Counted from the first letter of the stretch, positions 28,153 through 38,971 are shown. The stretch is 64,000 nt of DNA from a candidate division FCPU426 bacterium (GCA_963719085.1 CAVRAL010000004.1:1152001-1216000), one strand, 5' to 3'. A program made the numbers and translations. The notes: generated by a model from the sequence alone, not told the origin.

Positions 28153-30225
28153 TTAAACCCAGCCGAAGGCCGATAAAACCATGTCGATCAGTTTGATGCC
28201 CGCGAAGGGCACCACCAGGCCGCCTAACCCGTAAATGAGAGAGTTGTTCCAGAGCAGTTTCGAGGCCGAGGCGGGGCGGTACCGGACACCCCGCAGGGCC
28301 AGCGGGACCAGAAAGACAATGATGAGGGCGTTAAAGATGACCGCCGACAAGATGGCGCTTTGGGGTGTGGCGAGCCGCATGATGTTCAAGGCGCCCAATT
28401 CCGGGTAGGTCAGGGCGAAAGCCGCCGGCAGGATGGCGAAGTATTTTGCCACATCATTGGCGATGGAAAAAGTCGTCAGGGACCCCCGGGTCATGAGAAG
28501 TTGTTTTCCGATCCTCACGATTTCAATCAGTTTGGTGGGATTGGAATCCAGGTCCACCATGTTGCCCGCTTCCTTGGCGGCCTGGGTGCCGGTGTTCATG
28601 GCCACCGCCACGTCGGCCTGGGCCAGGGCCGGGGCGTCGTTGGTGCCGTCGCCGGCCATGGCCACCAGCCGGCCTCCGGCCTGCGAATCCCGGATGAGCT
28701 TGAGCTTGGCCTCGGGCGTGGCTTGGGCCAAAAAGTCGTCCACGCCGGCCTCGGCCGCGATGGCGGCGGCGGTGAGAGGATTGTCCCCGGTGATCATGAT
28801 GGTTTTAATCCCCATCCGCCGAAGCTCGGCGAAGCGCTCTTGGATGCCGCCCTTCACGATGTCCTTCAATTGAATAACGCCCAATACTTTTTTCCCGTCG
28901 GCCACGACCAAGGGCGTCCCGCCCAATCGGGAAATGGATTCCGCGCCGCGGCGCACGTCGTCCGGGTAATGGCCGCCTTGTTCCTGAACATAGTGTTCGA
29001 TGGACTCCGCGGCGCCCTTGCGGATGGACCGCTTGCCGATGTCCATGCCGCTCATGCGGGTTTGGGCGGTAAAGGGCACGAAGGTGGCGGCCAACTCCTT
29101 CATTTCACGCCCCCGAAGCCCGTATTTTTCCTTGGCCAACACCACGATACTGCGCCCTTCGGGGGTCTCGTCCGCCAGCGACGAAAGTTGGGCCGCTTCG
29201 GCCAATTCAGCCATGGTGACGCCTTCGGTCGGAATCAGCTCGGTGGCTTGGCGGTTGCCTAAGGTGATGGTTCCGGTTTTATCCAACAGCAAAATGTCCA
29301 CATCGCCGGCGGCTTCGACCGCCCGGCCGGAGAGCGCGATGACATTGGCTTGGATCATCCGGTCCATTCCGGCGATACCGATGGCGGACAGAAGTCCCCC
29401 GATCGTGGTGGGGGCCAAGCATACGAAAAGAGCCACCAATACGGTGACCGTGACCACCTTCCCGGCGCCCGAAACGAGGACGCTGTAGATCGAATAGGGA
29501 AGCAGGGTGGCGCAAACCACCAAAAAGACCAGGGTCATGGCCGCCAGCAAAATATTAAGGGCGATTTCATTGGGGGTCTTTTGGCGTTTGGCGCCCTCCA
29601 CCATGGAAATCATGCGGTCCAAAAAGGATTCGCCCGGATTGGAAGAGATGCGCACAATCAGCCAGTCGGAGATCACCCGTGTGCCGCCGGTGACGGCATT
29701 GCGGTCGCCGCCGGCTTCGCGCACCACGGGAGCGCTTTCGCCCGTAATGGCGCTTTCATCCACCATGGCGACTCCGACAACCGCCTCGCCGTCCCCGGGA
29801 ATAAAGTCCCCGGCCTCCACCAGCACCAGGTCATCCTTGCGCAGGTCGCCGGATAAAACTTCTTGAAGGGGGGAATCTTTTTTAGCTTCCTTCAATTTTT
29901 TAGCCTTCACCTGCTGGCGTGACTGGCGCAGGGTATCGGCCTGGGCCTTGCCCCGCCCCTCGGCCATGGCTTCGGCGAAATTGGCGAAGAGGACCGTGAA
30001 CCAAAGCCAGAGGGAGACGGTGAAGATGAAGCCGGGCGCCGCTTCCCCATGGCCCCCGAGGGCCTGGAGCCAAAGGCCGGTGGTGAGGATACTGCCCACG
30101 TAAACCGTGAACATGACCGGATTTTTGACCATGTGGCGGGGGTCCAATTTTTTGAAAGAGTCCCCGATGGCCCGGCGGGTAATTTTGGGGTCGAAAAGCG
30201 GTTTGTGTTGGGTTGGTTCGTTCAT
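28153..30225 (-). CDS. kdpB: K+-transporting ATPase subunit B
   Basis: [27 protein letters not shown]. Confidence 0.98.
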   Translation of the reverse strand: MNEPTQHKPLFDPKITRRAIGDSFKKLDPRHMVKNPVMFTVYVGSILTTGLWLQALGGHGEAAPGFIFTVSLWLWFTVLFANFAEAMAEGRGKAQADTLRQSRQQVKAKKLKEAKKDSPLQEVLSGDLRKDDLVLVEAGDFIPGDGEAVVGVAMVDESAITGESAPVVREAGGDRNAVTGGTRVISDWLIVRISSNPGESFLDRMISMVEGAKRQKTPNEIALNILLAAMTLVFLVVCATLLPYSIYSVLVSGAGKVVTVTVLVALFVCLAPTTIGGLLSAIGIAGMDRMIQANVIALSGRAVEAAGDVDILLLDKTGTITLGNRQATELIPTEGVTMAELAEAAQLSSLADETPEGRSIVVLAKEKYGLRGREMKELAATFVPFTAQTRMSGMDIGKRSIRKGAAESIEHYVQEQGGHYPDDVRRGAESISRLGGTPLVVADGKKVLGVIQLKDIVKGGIQERFAELRRMGIKTIMITGDNPLTAAAIAAEAGVDDFLAQATPEAKLKLIRDSQAGGRLVAMAGDGTNDAPALAQADVAVAMNTGTQAAKEAGNMVDLDSNPTKLIEIVRIGKQLLMTRGSLTTFSIANDVAKYFAILPAAFALTYPELGALNIMRLATPQSAILSAVIFNALIIVFLVPLALRGVRYRPASASKLLWNNSLIYGLGGLVVPFAGIKLIDMVLSAFGWV

Positions 30226-30238
30226 TTTATTCTCCTAA

Positions 30239-32044
30239 TTAGAATGAGAGGTGCATCATTTTTAAGTGCTCAACAATGGGTCCCAGGGCCAGGGCGGGCA
30301 GGAAGTTCAAACCACCCACCAAAAGGACGGTTAACACCAGCATCACGATGAAAAGCGGCGTGTGGGTGGGAAGGGTTCCCGCGCTGGGCGGTGAAATTTT
30401 CTTCTTCGCCAAACTTCCGGCCAAGGCCAGGATGGGAATGGCCAGCCAGAAACGGCCGAGGAACATGGCGACCCCGCCCAGCAGGTTATAAAAGGGCGTG
30501 TTCCCGGTCAGCCCCCCAAAGGCGCTGCCGTTGTTGTTGGATTGGGAGGTGAAGGCGTAAAGGATTTCGCTAAAGCCATGGGGCCCCGGGTTTTCCGGAG
30601 CCGCTTGCCCCGCGGCCGTGACCACGGCCACCGCGGTGGTCACCAGGGTCAAGAGGGGCGGGATCAGGATCATGATCGAGGCCATCTTCATCTCATAAGA
30701 CTGGATTTTTTTGCCCAGGTACTCCGGGGTGCGGCCCACCATGAGCCCCGCCACGAAAACCGCCACGATGACAAAGGCCAGCATGCCGTAAAGGCCGGAG
30801 CCGACCCCGCCGAAGGAAACCTCTCCCAGCATGATCATCCAAAGCGGCACTAAGCCGCCCATCGGCGTGAAGGAATCATGCATGGCGTTCACCGAGCCGT
30901 TGGAAGCGGCGGTGGTGACGGAAGCCCAAAGGGCCGAGCCCGCGATCCCGAAACGGACTTCTTTTCCTTCCATATTTCCGTCGCGCAAGGAAGACCCGTC
31001 TTGGCCCAAGGTGAGATGGTTGAGGGCGGGGTTTCCCGATTGCTCGGAGGCCACGCATAAATAAAGCATGGGAGCCAGCAGCAGGAACATGGCGGACAGG
31101 ATGGCCCAGCCTTGGCGGCGGTCCCCGACCATCACCCCGTAGGTGTAGCAGAGGGACGCCGGAATAAGCAGGATGGTCAAGAGTTCCAAAAAGTCGGTGA
31201 GGGGCGTTGGATTCTCAAAGGGGTGGGCCGAATTGACGTTGAAAAAGCCGCCGCCATTGGTGCCCAGCATTTTGATGGCTTCCTGCGAGGCCACCGGTCC
31301 CACCGCGATAGATTGCTGGGTGACAGGGATGGAAGTGGTTTGGGGCTTTCCATTTAGTGTTACTGGAACACCCTGGGCATTCGTGACCGGTTGGTCATAA
31401 GAAGTGGGTTGAACCAGGGCGGCATTGGGATAGGCGCTGAAGGTTTGGGGTACCCCCTGTTGAATTAGTACAAGCCCATAAAAAAGGCTCAGGGGCAAAA
31501 GGATGTAGAGGGCGCCCCGGGTCATATCCACCCAAAAATTTCCCAGTTGGCGGGTTTCTTTCCGGGAGATGCCCCGAATGAGCGCCGCCAAAGTGGCCAT
31601 GCCGGAAGCCGCGCAGAGGAAATTATGGACGGCCAGGCCGGCCATTTGGGTGAGATAGCTCATGGTCGACTCGCCGCCATAGTTTTGCCAGTTGGTATTG
31701 GTGATGAAGCTGATGGCGGTGTTGAAGGACAGGTCGGGAGTCACGGCCCCTTGCCCCGCCGGATTCAGGAAAAGAAATGACTGAAGCCGCATCAGGCCGT
31801 ATAAAACCAAGCCGCCGACCAGGTTGAAGACCAGCATGGCGAGGGCGTAAGTTTTCCAGTCCATCTCCTCGCCGGATTTCACCCCGCCCAGGCGGTAAAT
31901 GAAATTTTCCAGCGGGCCCAGCCAGCGGGCGGCCCAGAAGGGTTTGTTTTCGTAAACCCGGGCCATATAGAGGCCTAAGGGTTTCACCAGCGCGAGCAAA
32001 ACAGCGAAATAAATCAGAATTTGAATCCATTGGTTGCCTGTCAT
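30239..32044 (-). CDS. kdpA: K+-transporting ATPase subunit A
   Basis: TNTNWQ, GTNGGG, SNGS, NNGSAF pore loops. Confidence 0.98.
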   Translation of the reverse strand: MTGNQWIQILIYFAVLLALVKPLGLYMARVYENKPFWAARWLGPLENFIYRLGGVKSGEEMDWKTYALAMLVFNLVGGLVLYGLMRLQSFLFLNPAGQGAVTPDLSFNTAISFITNTNWQNYGGESTMSYLTQMAGLAVHNFLCAASGMATLAALIRGISRKETRQLGNFWVDMTRGALYILLPLSLFYGLVLIQQGVPQTFSAYPNAALVQPTSYDQPVTNAQGVPVTLNGKPQTTSIPVTQQSIAVGPVASQEAIKMLGTNGGGFFNVNSAHPFENPTPLTDFLELLTILLIPASLCYTYGVMVGDRRQGWAILSAMFLLLAPMLYLCVASEQSGNPALNHLTLGQDGSSLRDGNMEGKEVRFGIAGSALWASVTTAASNGSVNAMHDSFTPMGGLVPLWMIMLGEVSFGGVGSGLYGMLAFVIVAVFVAGLMVGRTPEYLGKKIQSYEMKMASIMILIPPLLTLVTTAVAVVTAAGQAAPENPGPHGFSEILYAFTSQSNNNGSAFGGLTGNTPFYNLLGGVAMFLGRFWLAIPILALAGSLAKKKISPPSAGTLPTHTPLFIVMLVLTVLLVGGLNFLPALALGPIVEHLKMMHLSF

Positions 32045-32057
32045 TTGAGCCGCTCCT

Positions 32058-32147
32058 TTAAAACCATTCGGGTTTCAACAAGGCGATCACCAGATAAACT
32101 AAAAGCGCCGCCGCCACCAGGCCGCTGACGATATATAGAAGGGTCAT
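32058..32147 (-). CDS. kdpF: K+-transporting ATPase subunit F
   Basis: MTLLYIVSGLVAAALLVYLVIALLKPEWF; GGAGG SD. Confidence 0.9.
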   Translation of the reverse strand: MTLLYIVSGLVAAALLVYLVIALLKPEWF

Positions 32148-32242
32148 GAGTCGCCTCCCATCATTTTGTCCAGGGCGCCGATCAACCACAGGCTGGACAA
32201 GGTCAAGACCAGGAAAATCCCAGCGCAATAAAGTTCCAACAT
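32144..32242 (-). CDS. 32-aa membrane peptide upstream of kdpF
   Basis: MLELYCAGIFLVLTLSSLWLIGALDKMMGGDS; AAGGGGGA SD; ATGA overlap with kdpF. Confidence 0.7.
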   Translation of the reverse strand: MLELYCAGIFLVLTLSSLWLIGALDKMMGGDS

Positions 32243-32362
32243 GATTTCCCCCTTTTTTCAAAAAGTTTTCTACTTGAATCCTAGAGGCTTCCACGCATGC
32301 TCTTTATGTCCCGAGTCATAGTCGGGCCCTCTTTCAGATTCGATGAAAACCATAGGATGAAA

Positions 32363-32384
32363 GGGTGTTAAGATGTTGTAGAGA
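32363..32384 (-). promoter_or_regulatory. Putative KdpE binding site
   Basis: Minus-strand TCTCTACA-ACA-TCTTAACA-CCC direct repeat with 11-bp period, similar to the E. coli kdpF operator. Confidence 0.4.
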
Positions 32385-32460
32385 TGGGAAGGCGGGTTGT
32401 GGAGAAGTTGTGGAGGTGAAAAACCCGCCCAAACATTATTTCACCGGTTCGGGAGAAAAC

Positions 32461-33204
32461 ATGGAAACGCGTGTTTTGCGGTGGGTCTTGACGCTGGGAT
32501 GGTTTTTGGCGCCGGCGGCGCTTTGGGCTGAACCGCCTTTCAATACCGGGGACCCCGAACCCACCGACCCCGGGCATTTTGAGATTTATCTCTCCGGTTC
32601 CTACACGTCCAACGATTCGGGAAGCGAAGGCGAACTGCCCGAACTGGAAGTGGATTACGGGGCGCTTCCGGATCTTCAGCTTCATATCGCCACGCCCTTT
32701 CTTTATAACAACCCCCATGGAGGCGGCGGCGCTTATGGTTATGGAGACACCGAATTAGGCGCGAAGCTCCGCCTGTACAGCAATCCGGATAAGGCCTTCC
32801 AATGGGGGATCTATCCCTTAATGGAAGTTCCCACGGGCGACGCTTCCAAGGGACTCGGCAACGGGCAGGCGCAATTTTTTATTCCGATCTGGTTTCAGAA
32901 GCAAATCGGAACCTGGAAAAGTTACGGCGGCGGGGGCTATTGGTTTAATCCGGGGCCGGGGCACTTGGACTGGGTTTATATCGGATGGGTTTTACAGGAT
33001 TCGGTTTCTCCCTTGTTGGATTTGGGCGGCGAGGTGTTTTTTCATACGGCTTCCGAAACCGGAACCGCGGACGCTTTGGGATGGGACGTGGGCGGGGGGT
33101 TGAATTTCAACGAGGACCATCACCTTTTAATGACAATGGGGCGGGATACGGTGGAAGACCAGGTGACCTATACCCTTTACGCCGCCTATGAATTGGACCT
33201 ATAA
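32461..33204 (+). CDS. Putative outer-membrane beta-barrel (MetA-pathway/transporter-like)
   Basis: Signal peptide, PPFNTGDPEP, GYGDTELGAK, PTGD..GLG, alternating aromatic strands. Confidence 0.7.
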   Translation: METRVLRWVLTLGWFLAPAALWAEPPFNTGDPEPTDPGHFEIYLSGSYTSNDSGSEGELPELEVDYGALPDLQLHIATPFLYNNPHGGGGAYGYGDTELGAKLRLYSNPDKAFQWGIYPLMEVPTGDASKGLGNGQAQFFIPIWFQKQIGTWKSYGGGGYWFNPGPGHLDWVYIGWVLQDSVSPLLDLGGEVFFHTASETGTADALGWDVGGGLNFNEDHHLLMTMGRDTVEDQVTYTLYAAYELDL

Positions 33205-35320
33205 CCCGGTGAAATCCGGATATGGCGCCCTTTTTTGGGTTGGGGGAACCCTGCTGTGGGCCCTGTTGATTTTCGGTCATTACTTTTCCCTAAGCTTTTT
33301 CCAGGACTTCTCATTTCTGAGCCAAGTGAAGCGGGACTTTGAGCAAGCGAATGGGGACATCCTGCGCGCCTCCCTGGCGGACCGGGGGCCGGGGGTCCTT
33401 TGGGATTTCATGATGGGGCTCACCTTGTGGGCCTGGGGAAAACGCTTGGGTGATTGGATTGGATTGCCGAAGCTCCCGATGGCCTTAAAGATCGCTTTTC
33501 AAGCGGCGCTGGGAATCGTTTTTTTCAACAGCCTTTGGCTGGGGTTGGGCTTGAGCGGGTTGTGGTTTAAAAGTCTTTTTTTAATTCTCTCCCTGTTGTT
33601 CATGGGTCCGGCGCTTTGGTTTTTAACGAAAGATTTACCGCGGGCCTGGAAAGGCTTCCGCTCGGGCTTTGATTTCCCGCCGCGGGCCTGGGTATTCGCG
33701 CCGGTTCTTTTAGCGGTTCTTTTGTACCTGCTGGCCTTGGCCCAAAGTTTGGTTCCTGAGATTTATTTTGACGGGTTGGTTTACCATCTTTCGGTCCTCC
33801 AGTTTTGGTGGGACCGCCACGGCATCCTGGATTTCGCCACGAATTTTCATTCCTATTATCCCTTCGGCGCCGAGCTTTATTTTTTAAACGGGTTTTGGCC
33901 CTCGGGAGCGGGGGAAGACGCCAAGCTTCTGAATGTTTTTGCCTTGGGGCTGACGGTTTTGGCGGCGGCGGGCTGGGTGGCGGAGGAATCGGGGGCGGCT
34001 CTGGCGTGGTTGACGGGCGCGTCGCTTTTATTTCTTCCCTGGGTTTCCACGACGGTTTGGACCACGCAAAACGAGGTGGTGCTGGCTTTTTTCCTGCTGC
34101 TTTTCTTTTACGCGGCGCGGCGCTGGGCCCGCGCGGCCGCCGCGGGACCCCGGTTGGCTTGGGTGCTGCTGGCCGGACTTGCCGGCGGCGCGGCCTTGAG
34201 CGTGAAATACACGGCGGCTCCGGCTTTTTTGGCCGCGGGAGCCGCGCTTTTCATCGAGAATCCCAAAAGTTTTGGACGGGACCGTTGGAAAGAATGGCTT
34301 TTATTGGCCGGCCTTTTGGCGGGGGCCTTGGGTCCTTGGCTTTTGAAAAACTTCTTTTATACGGGCAACTTGATTTATCCCTATTTGGCCCAATGGGTCG
34401 GCGGACGGAGCCTTTCGCCCGAAAGATTCCAGGAACTATTGGCCAATCACGAGTCGGTTTTTGGCGTGGGCGGCGCGCCTTTTTGGAAGTGGCCTTATGA
34501 GGCGGCGGTCCATCATGTTGATCGCACGATGGGCCCCCTGCTTTTTTCCTTCCTTCCATTTTTGGCGGCGGGGCTGGCGGGGTGGAAGAAAGAAAGGTAC
34601 TTGTTGGCGCTGGTCTTACTTTACCTGGCGGGCGGTTTTTTGATTTCCTACCAGACCCGGCTGATGATCCCTGAAATGGTTCTGTTTTTAGCGGGGACCG
34701 GTTGTTTTTTAGGCGGGCTCAAAAAACCGGGCCTCGCCGGTATTTGGGCCGTCGTTCTTTTGGTTTTCGGGCTGACCACCTTTTTATCCTTGATTCGTTT
34801 AAGCGCGGACTATACGCAAAGCCAGAAGATTTGGCTTGGCGTTCAAACCCGGGAAGATTTTTTGAGAACATCCCCCCAAACGGCTTCGTTTTATTCCTTG
34901 GCGCGGGCCTGCGGGAGCCTGGCTTCCGGAGACCGTCTTTTGGTGGTGGGCGACGCCCGGGGGCTTTATTATCCAAGGGCTTACTTCACCAACAGCGTTT
35001 TTGACGACCCCCAGCTGGTCAAGATCACCCGGGAGGCGTCCAACGCCCAGGGGATTGGGCGGGAACTGCGGCAATTGGGAGTGGACGATTTAGTGATTCC
35101 CGGCGAGGAAGAAATGCGCCTTTCCCGCCTTTACCCGGAAGACTACGCCTTGACCGCGGCCCAGTGGAAAAACCTGGATGATTTCATCCAACGGGGCGCC
35201 GATTTGGTTTATTGGAGGGGCCCCCAAGCGATTTACCACCTGCGCCCGGTTTTAAGCTCCCGGGCCCAACCCATTCCGGATCTTTTACTTTTATTACCCA
35301 ATTCCAAAGTCAAACCATAA
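33188..35320 (+). CDS. GT-C fold (ArnT/PMT-like) polytopic membrane glycosyltransferase
   Basis: DGLVYHL, SVKYT, PWLLKN..TGNLIYP; many TM helices. Confidence 0.7.
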   Translation: MNWTYNPVKSGYGALFWVGGTLLWALLIFGHYFSLSFFQDFSFLSQVKRDFEQANGDILRASLADRGPGVLWDFMMGLTLWAWGKRLGDWIGLPKLPMALKIAFQAALGIVFFNSLWLGLGLSGLWFKSLFLILSLLFMGPALWFLTKDLPRAWKGFRSGFDFPPRAWVFAPVLLAVLLYLLALAQSLVPEIYFDGLVYHLSVLQFWWDRHGILDFATNFHSYYPFGAELYFLNGFWPSGAGEDAKLLNVFALGLTVLAAAGWVAEESGAALAWLTGASLLFLPWVSTTVWTTQNEVVLAFFLLLFFYAARRWARAAAAGPRLAWVLLAGLAGGAALSVKYTAAPAFLAAGAALFIENPKSFGRDRWKEWLLLAGLLAGALGPWLLKNFFYTGNLIYPYLAQWVGGRSLSPERFQELLANHESVFGVGGAPFWKWPYEAAVHHVDRTMGPLLFSFLPFLAAGLAGWKKERYLLALVLLYLAGGFLISYQTRLMIPEMVLFLAGTGCFLGGLKKPGLAGIWAVVLLVFGLTTFLSLIRLSADYTQSQKIWLGVQTREDFLRTSPQTASFYSLARACGSLASGDRLLVVGDARGLYYPRAYFTNSVFDDPQLVKITREASNAQGIGRELRQLGVDDLVIPGEEEMRLSRLYPEDYALTAAQWKNLDDFIQRGADLVYWRGPQAIYHLRPVLSSRAQPIPDLLLLLPNSKVKP

Positions 35321-35342
35321 AACTTAGGGGACATTTCAATTT

Positions 35343-35448
35343 TTTCACCACCAAGACGCCAAGGCACCAAGGAAACCAAAACGCGAGATTCTGAATTAAA
35401 CCTAGGAATTTAAGTCTTTCTTGGTGTCTTGGCGTCTTGGTGGTGAAA
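35343..35448. repeat. Palindromic element family A
   Basis: TTTCACCACCAAGACGCCAAGGCACCAAG ... CTTGGTGTCTTGGCGTCTTGGTGGTGAAA. Confidence 0.85.
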
Positions 35449-35534
35449 GAGTTTTGACGTGTTCTTAATAGAATGCGGTGAAAGTCGTCCCCTGGGTCGA
35501 TTATCATAAGAGACACTAAAAGACGGGAGCGGGC

Positions 35535-36890
35535 ATGGGCAAACCATTGGTGGCGATCATCCTGGCGGCGGGCGAGGGCACCCGCATGAAATCCAATCTC
35601 CCCAAGGTGCTTCACCCGGTCGGGGGCAGGCCCATGCTGGATTACGCCCTGGACCACGCCTTGGAAGCCGGCGCGTCAAAAGTTTATCTGGTGGTCGGCG
35701 CCCACGCCCAAAAAGTCCTGGCCCACGCGGGCAAGCGCGCGACCGCGGTCGTCCAAAAAGAGCGCCGGGGAACCGGACACGCGGTGCAAAGCGTGATGCC
35801 CCGGATTAAAAATTTTTCCGGCGACCTGTTGGTGATTTACGCCGATTCAGCCCTGCTGCGCCCCCAAACTTTGATGGCGCTTAGCCAGTTCCACCGTTTT
35901 CATGGCGGCGCGGCCACCTTGTTGACCGCCCGTGTGGCGGACCCATTTGGCTATGGCCGGATCGTGCGGGACCGGAACGGGAAAGTGGAAAAAATCGTCG
36001 AGGAAAAAGACGCCGATGAGGCCACCCGGCGCCTTTCGGAAGTGAACGGGGGGGCTTATCTGTTTAAAGCCGCTTCCTTGCGGGAGGCTTTGAAAAAGAT
36101 AAAACCTAAAAACGCCAAGGGCGAGTTGTATCTGACCGACGCCGTGGGCGAGATGATTTGGCGCGATGAGAAAGTCGAGGCCTTAACGGTTCCGGACGCG
36201 CGGGAAATCTTGGGCGTGAACGACCGGGGACAATGGGCCCAGGCGCACCGAATTTTGACCGAACGAAGAATTGAGACGCATCAACAAAACGGCGTGACCT
36301 TCCTCAATCCTTCCACGGTGGAGATCGAGGAAGGCGTCAAGATCGGCCAGGACTCGATCATCGAAGGCGGCGTTTATTTGGGAGGGAACACGGTCCTGGG
36401 CGCGGCTTGCCGGGTGGAATCGGGCAGCCGCTTGGTGAACGCCAAACTCGGGCGTCAAGTGACGGTGAAAAGCTCCAGGATATCCGACAGCCAAGTGGGC
36501 GATCACTCGGATGTGGGACCGAACGCCCATGTGCGGGCCGGCTCGGTCATCGGCCAGGGCGTCCATATCGGGACCAACGCCGAACTCAAAAACGCCAAGC
36601 TCCAGCCGGGCGCCAAGGTGGGGCATTTTTCCTACGTGGGCGACGCGGTTTTGGGCCGGGACGTGAATGTGGGCGCGGGGTGCGTATTCGCCAATTTCGA
36701 TGGGTTGAAAAAACACCGGACGATTGTGGGGGATAAGGCTTTTTTGGGAAGCAATAGCACGCTGGTGGCCCCGCTTAAGATCGGCGCCGGCGCCATTGTG
36801 GGCGCGGGGGCGGTGGTTACGAAAAACGTGGCCGCGAAGGCGATTGTGGCGGGTGTGCCCGCGAAACCCATGAAAAAGAAGAAGCCATAA
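35535..36890 (+). CDS. glmU: Bifunctional UDP-GlcNAc pyrophosphorylase / GlcN-1-P acetyltransferase
   Basis: LAAGEGTRMKS..PKVLH, GYGRIVR, ELYLTD, hexapeptide repeats. Confidence 0.97.
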   Translation: MGKPLVAIILAAGEGTRMKSNLPKVLHPVGGRPMLDYALDHALEAGASKVYLVVGAHAQKVLAHAGKRATAVVQKERRGTGHAVQSVMPRIKNFSGDLLVIYADSALLRPQTLMALSQFHRFHGGAATLLTARVADPFGYGRIVRDRNGKVEKIVEEKDADEATRRLSEVNGGAYLFKAASLREALKKIKPKNAKGELYLTDAVGEMIWRDEKVEALTVPDAREILGVNDRGQWAQAHRILTERRIETHQQNGVTFLNPSTVEIEEGVKIGQDSIIEGGVYLGGNTVLGAACRVESGSRLVNAKLGRQVTVKSSRISDSQVGDHSDVGPNAHVRAGSVIGQGVHIGTNAELKNAKLQPGAKVGHFSYVGDAVLGRDVNVGAGCVFANFDGLKKHRTIVGDKAFLGSNSTLVAPLKIGAGAIVGAGAVVTKNVAAKAIVAGVPAKPMKKKKP

Positions 36891-37017
36891 AATTGTGAAG
36901 TCCCCCGTCCGAGGGGCGAAATCCGTCAATAAGAACGGCCCTGTTAAAAAATAACCCAAACGACCCGATTTCTTTTAAAATCAACGAGCTGAAATTACGA
37001 CTTTCCGAGGAACAACC

Positions 37018-37980
37018 ATGAGCCCCAAATCGCCTAAATTGGAAGGCCTGAAAGTTTTCAGCGGAACCGCCAATTTGGCCCTGGCCAAAAATATCGCCAA
37101 GTCCTTGGGCGTGCCCCTGGGCGAGGTTTTGGTCACCCGTTTTTCCGAAGGCGAGACCCGGGTGAAGATCAACGAGGACGTCCGCGGCCGGGATATTTTC
37201 CTCATCCAACCCACCTGCCCGCCGGTCAACGATAACGTCATTGAGCTTCTCATTATGTTGGACGCTTTCAAGCGCGCGTCGGCCCGCCGAGTCACCTCGG
37301 TGCTTCCTTACTACGGGTACGCCCGGCAGGACCGCAAAGACCAACCCCGGGTTCCCATTACGGCCAAGCTCATGGCCAACATCATCACCGTGGCCGGCAC
37401 GAACCGGGTTTTGACCATGGACCTTCACGCCCAGCAGATCCAGGGCTTCTTTGACATCCCGGTGGACCACCTTTACGCCTATCCGGTCTTGTCGGGTTAT
37501 TTCCGGAAGAAAAAGCTTAAAGACCTCACCGTAGTGTCCCCTGACGTGGGCGGCATCAAGATGGCCCGGGCCTATGCCAAGGGCTTGGGGGCGGATCTAG
37601 CTATTGTGGATAAGCGCCGCACCGGCCCCAACGAGGTGGAGGCGATGAACCTGATTGGGGAGGTCAAAAACCGAACCGTGCTCATCCCGGATGACATTAT
37701 CGCCACCGGAAGCTCCCTGGTGGAGGCCGTCAACGCCTTGGTCAAGTTTGGGGCGGGAGACATCTATGCCTGCTGTACCCACGCCATTTTGTCGGGAAAT
37801 GCCGTGCAAAAACTGCAAAAATCGGCCTTGAAAGAAATCGTGGTTACGGATACCATTCCTCTTCCCCCGGAGAAGCGGGTTGATAAGATCAAGGTTCTCA
37901 CGGTGGCGCCCCTCTTGGGCGAAGCGATCATGCGGATACACAATGAGCGGTCCATCAGCACGTTGTTTGACGATCCCTAG
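37018..37980 (+). CDS. prs: Ribose-phosphate pyrophosphokinase
   Basis: PYYGYARQDRK, DLHAQQIQGFF, VSPDVGG. Confidence 0.98.
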   Translation: MSPKSPKLEGLKVFSGTANLALAKNIAKSLGVPLGEVLVTRFSEGETRVKINEDVRGRDIFLIQPTCPPVNDNVIELLIMLDAFKRASARRVTSVLPYYGYARQDRKDQPRVPITAKLMANIITVAGTNRVLTMDLHAQQIQGFFDIPVDHLYAYPVLSGYFRKKKLKDLTVVSPDVGGIKMARAYAKGLGADLAIVDKRRTGPNEVEAMNLIGEVKNRTVLIPDDIIATGSSLVEAVNALVKFGAGDIYACCTHAILSGNAVQKLQKSALKEIVVTDTIPLPPEKRVDKIKVLTVAPLLGEAIMRIHNERSISTLFDDP

Positions 37981-38036
37981 ACGCGAAAAATAACCGACCA
38001 CTCGCTAATATCATTCTGTTGAGGAGCCGTGCCGAA

Positions 38037-38762
38037 ATGAAACAAGTACCTATTACCGCTAAAATCCGTACCACCCGGGGCAGCGCCCAAACCCGCCGTC
38101 TGCGCGCCGAAGGCCTGGTGCCGGCCGAGCTTTACGGCCACAAAGAAACCAACCAATCGATCGCGGTGGAAGAGAAGGACCTGAACAAGATCCTGGCCAC
38201 TTCCCGCGGCGAGAACATCTTTTTCGCCTTGAACGTGGAAGGTCAAAAGGGCGATCCGGCCTTGGCCATCATCAAGGAAATCCAATACGACAAGATCAAG
38301 AGCTCGATCATCCACGCTGATTTCCATAAAGTGAACATGAACGAGAAGATCCGCATCAAGGTTCCCATCAAGATCGTCAACGGCGACATGGCCGAAGGCG
38401 TGAAGTCGGGCGGCACCTTGCAAACCTTCATCCGTTCGCTGGAAGTTTATTGCCTGCCGTCCCAAATCCCGGAAGCCATCCCGGTGGATGTGCTCACCCT
38501 GAAGGTCGGGGAAGCGGTCCACGTTTCCGACTTGAAGCTGACCGGCGATGTGCGGGCCACTTTGAGCGGGGAAAATGTCATCGTTTCCGTGGCCGCTCAA
38601 GCCGCCGAGGAAGTCAAGGCGGAGGCCGTCGCGGCCGCCCCGGGCGCCGCGGTTGCGGGAGCCACGGGAGCTACCGAGCCCGAAGTCATCACGGCCAAGA
38701 AGAAAGACGACGCCGCGGCGCCTGCCGCCGGCGCCGACAAGAAGCCGGCCGAAAAGAAGTAA
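38037..38762 (+). CDS. rplY: 50S ribosomal protein L25/Ctc
   Basis: RRLR.EG.VPAELYG, HADF, long Ctc form; synteny. Confidence 0.96.
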   Translation: MKQVPITAKIRTTRGSAQTRRLRAEGLVPAELYGHKETNQSIAVEEKDLNKILATSRGENIFFALNVEGQKGDPALAIIKEIQYDKIKSSIIHADFHKVNMNEKIRIKVPIKIVNGDMAEGVKSGGTLQTFIRSLEVYCLPSQIPEAIPVDVLTLKVGEAVHVSDLKLTGDVRATLSGENVIVSVAAQAAEEVKAEAVAAAPGAAVAGATGATEPEVITAKKKDDAAAPAAGADKKPAEKK

Positions 38763-38794
38763 CCGCCGGTTTTTTCGCCTCGCTGAATTTTTTC

Positions 38795-38827
38795 AAGCCA
38801 CTTCGCCTGGGGCGGGGTGGCTTTTTT
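38795..38827 (+). terminator. Intrinsic terminator
   Basis: AAGCCACTTCGCC..GGCGGGGTGGCTTTTTT. Confidence 0.75.
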
Positions 38828-38866
38828 GTTTCGTGATTAAGAAAGTTTAACAGAAAATCCAATTAA

Positions 38867-38948
38867 CAATGATGGACGCAGATAAACGCGGATTCGATTG
38901 GAATAAAATTATCCTATCTTCATCGGTGTTCATCAGCGTCCATCATTG
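38867..38948. repeat. Palindromic element family C, simple (empty) form
   Basis: CAATGATGGACGCAGATAAACGCGGAT ... ATCGGTGTTCATCAGCGTCCATCATTG. Confidence 0.8.
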
Positions 38949-38971
38949 CAAAATGCCTTGCGAGGTGTTTT

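Noticed and set aside
28360..29262. Long antisense ORFs (this one; also 3183-4106, 14597-15586, 36183-36959)
   Set aside because: Shadow frames of well-supported genes in GC-rich DNA
32058..32294. 78-aa extended KdpF from the ORF track
   Set aside because: Better explained by the 29-aa kdpF plus a separate 32-aa ORF, each with its own SD
32245..32345. c-di-AMP riboswitch upstream of kdp
   Set aside because: Only GAATCTGAAAG resembles the motif; the GTCAGCTAAC core is absent and the leader is too short
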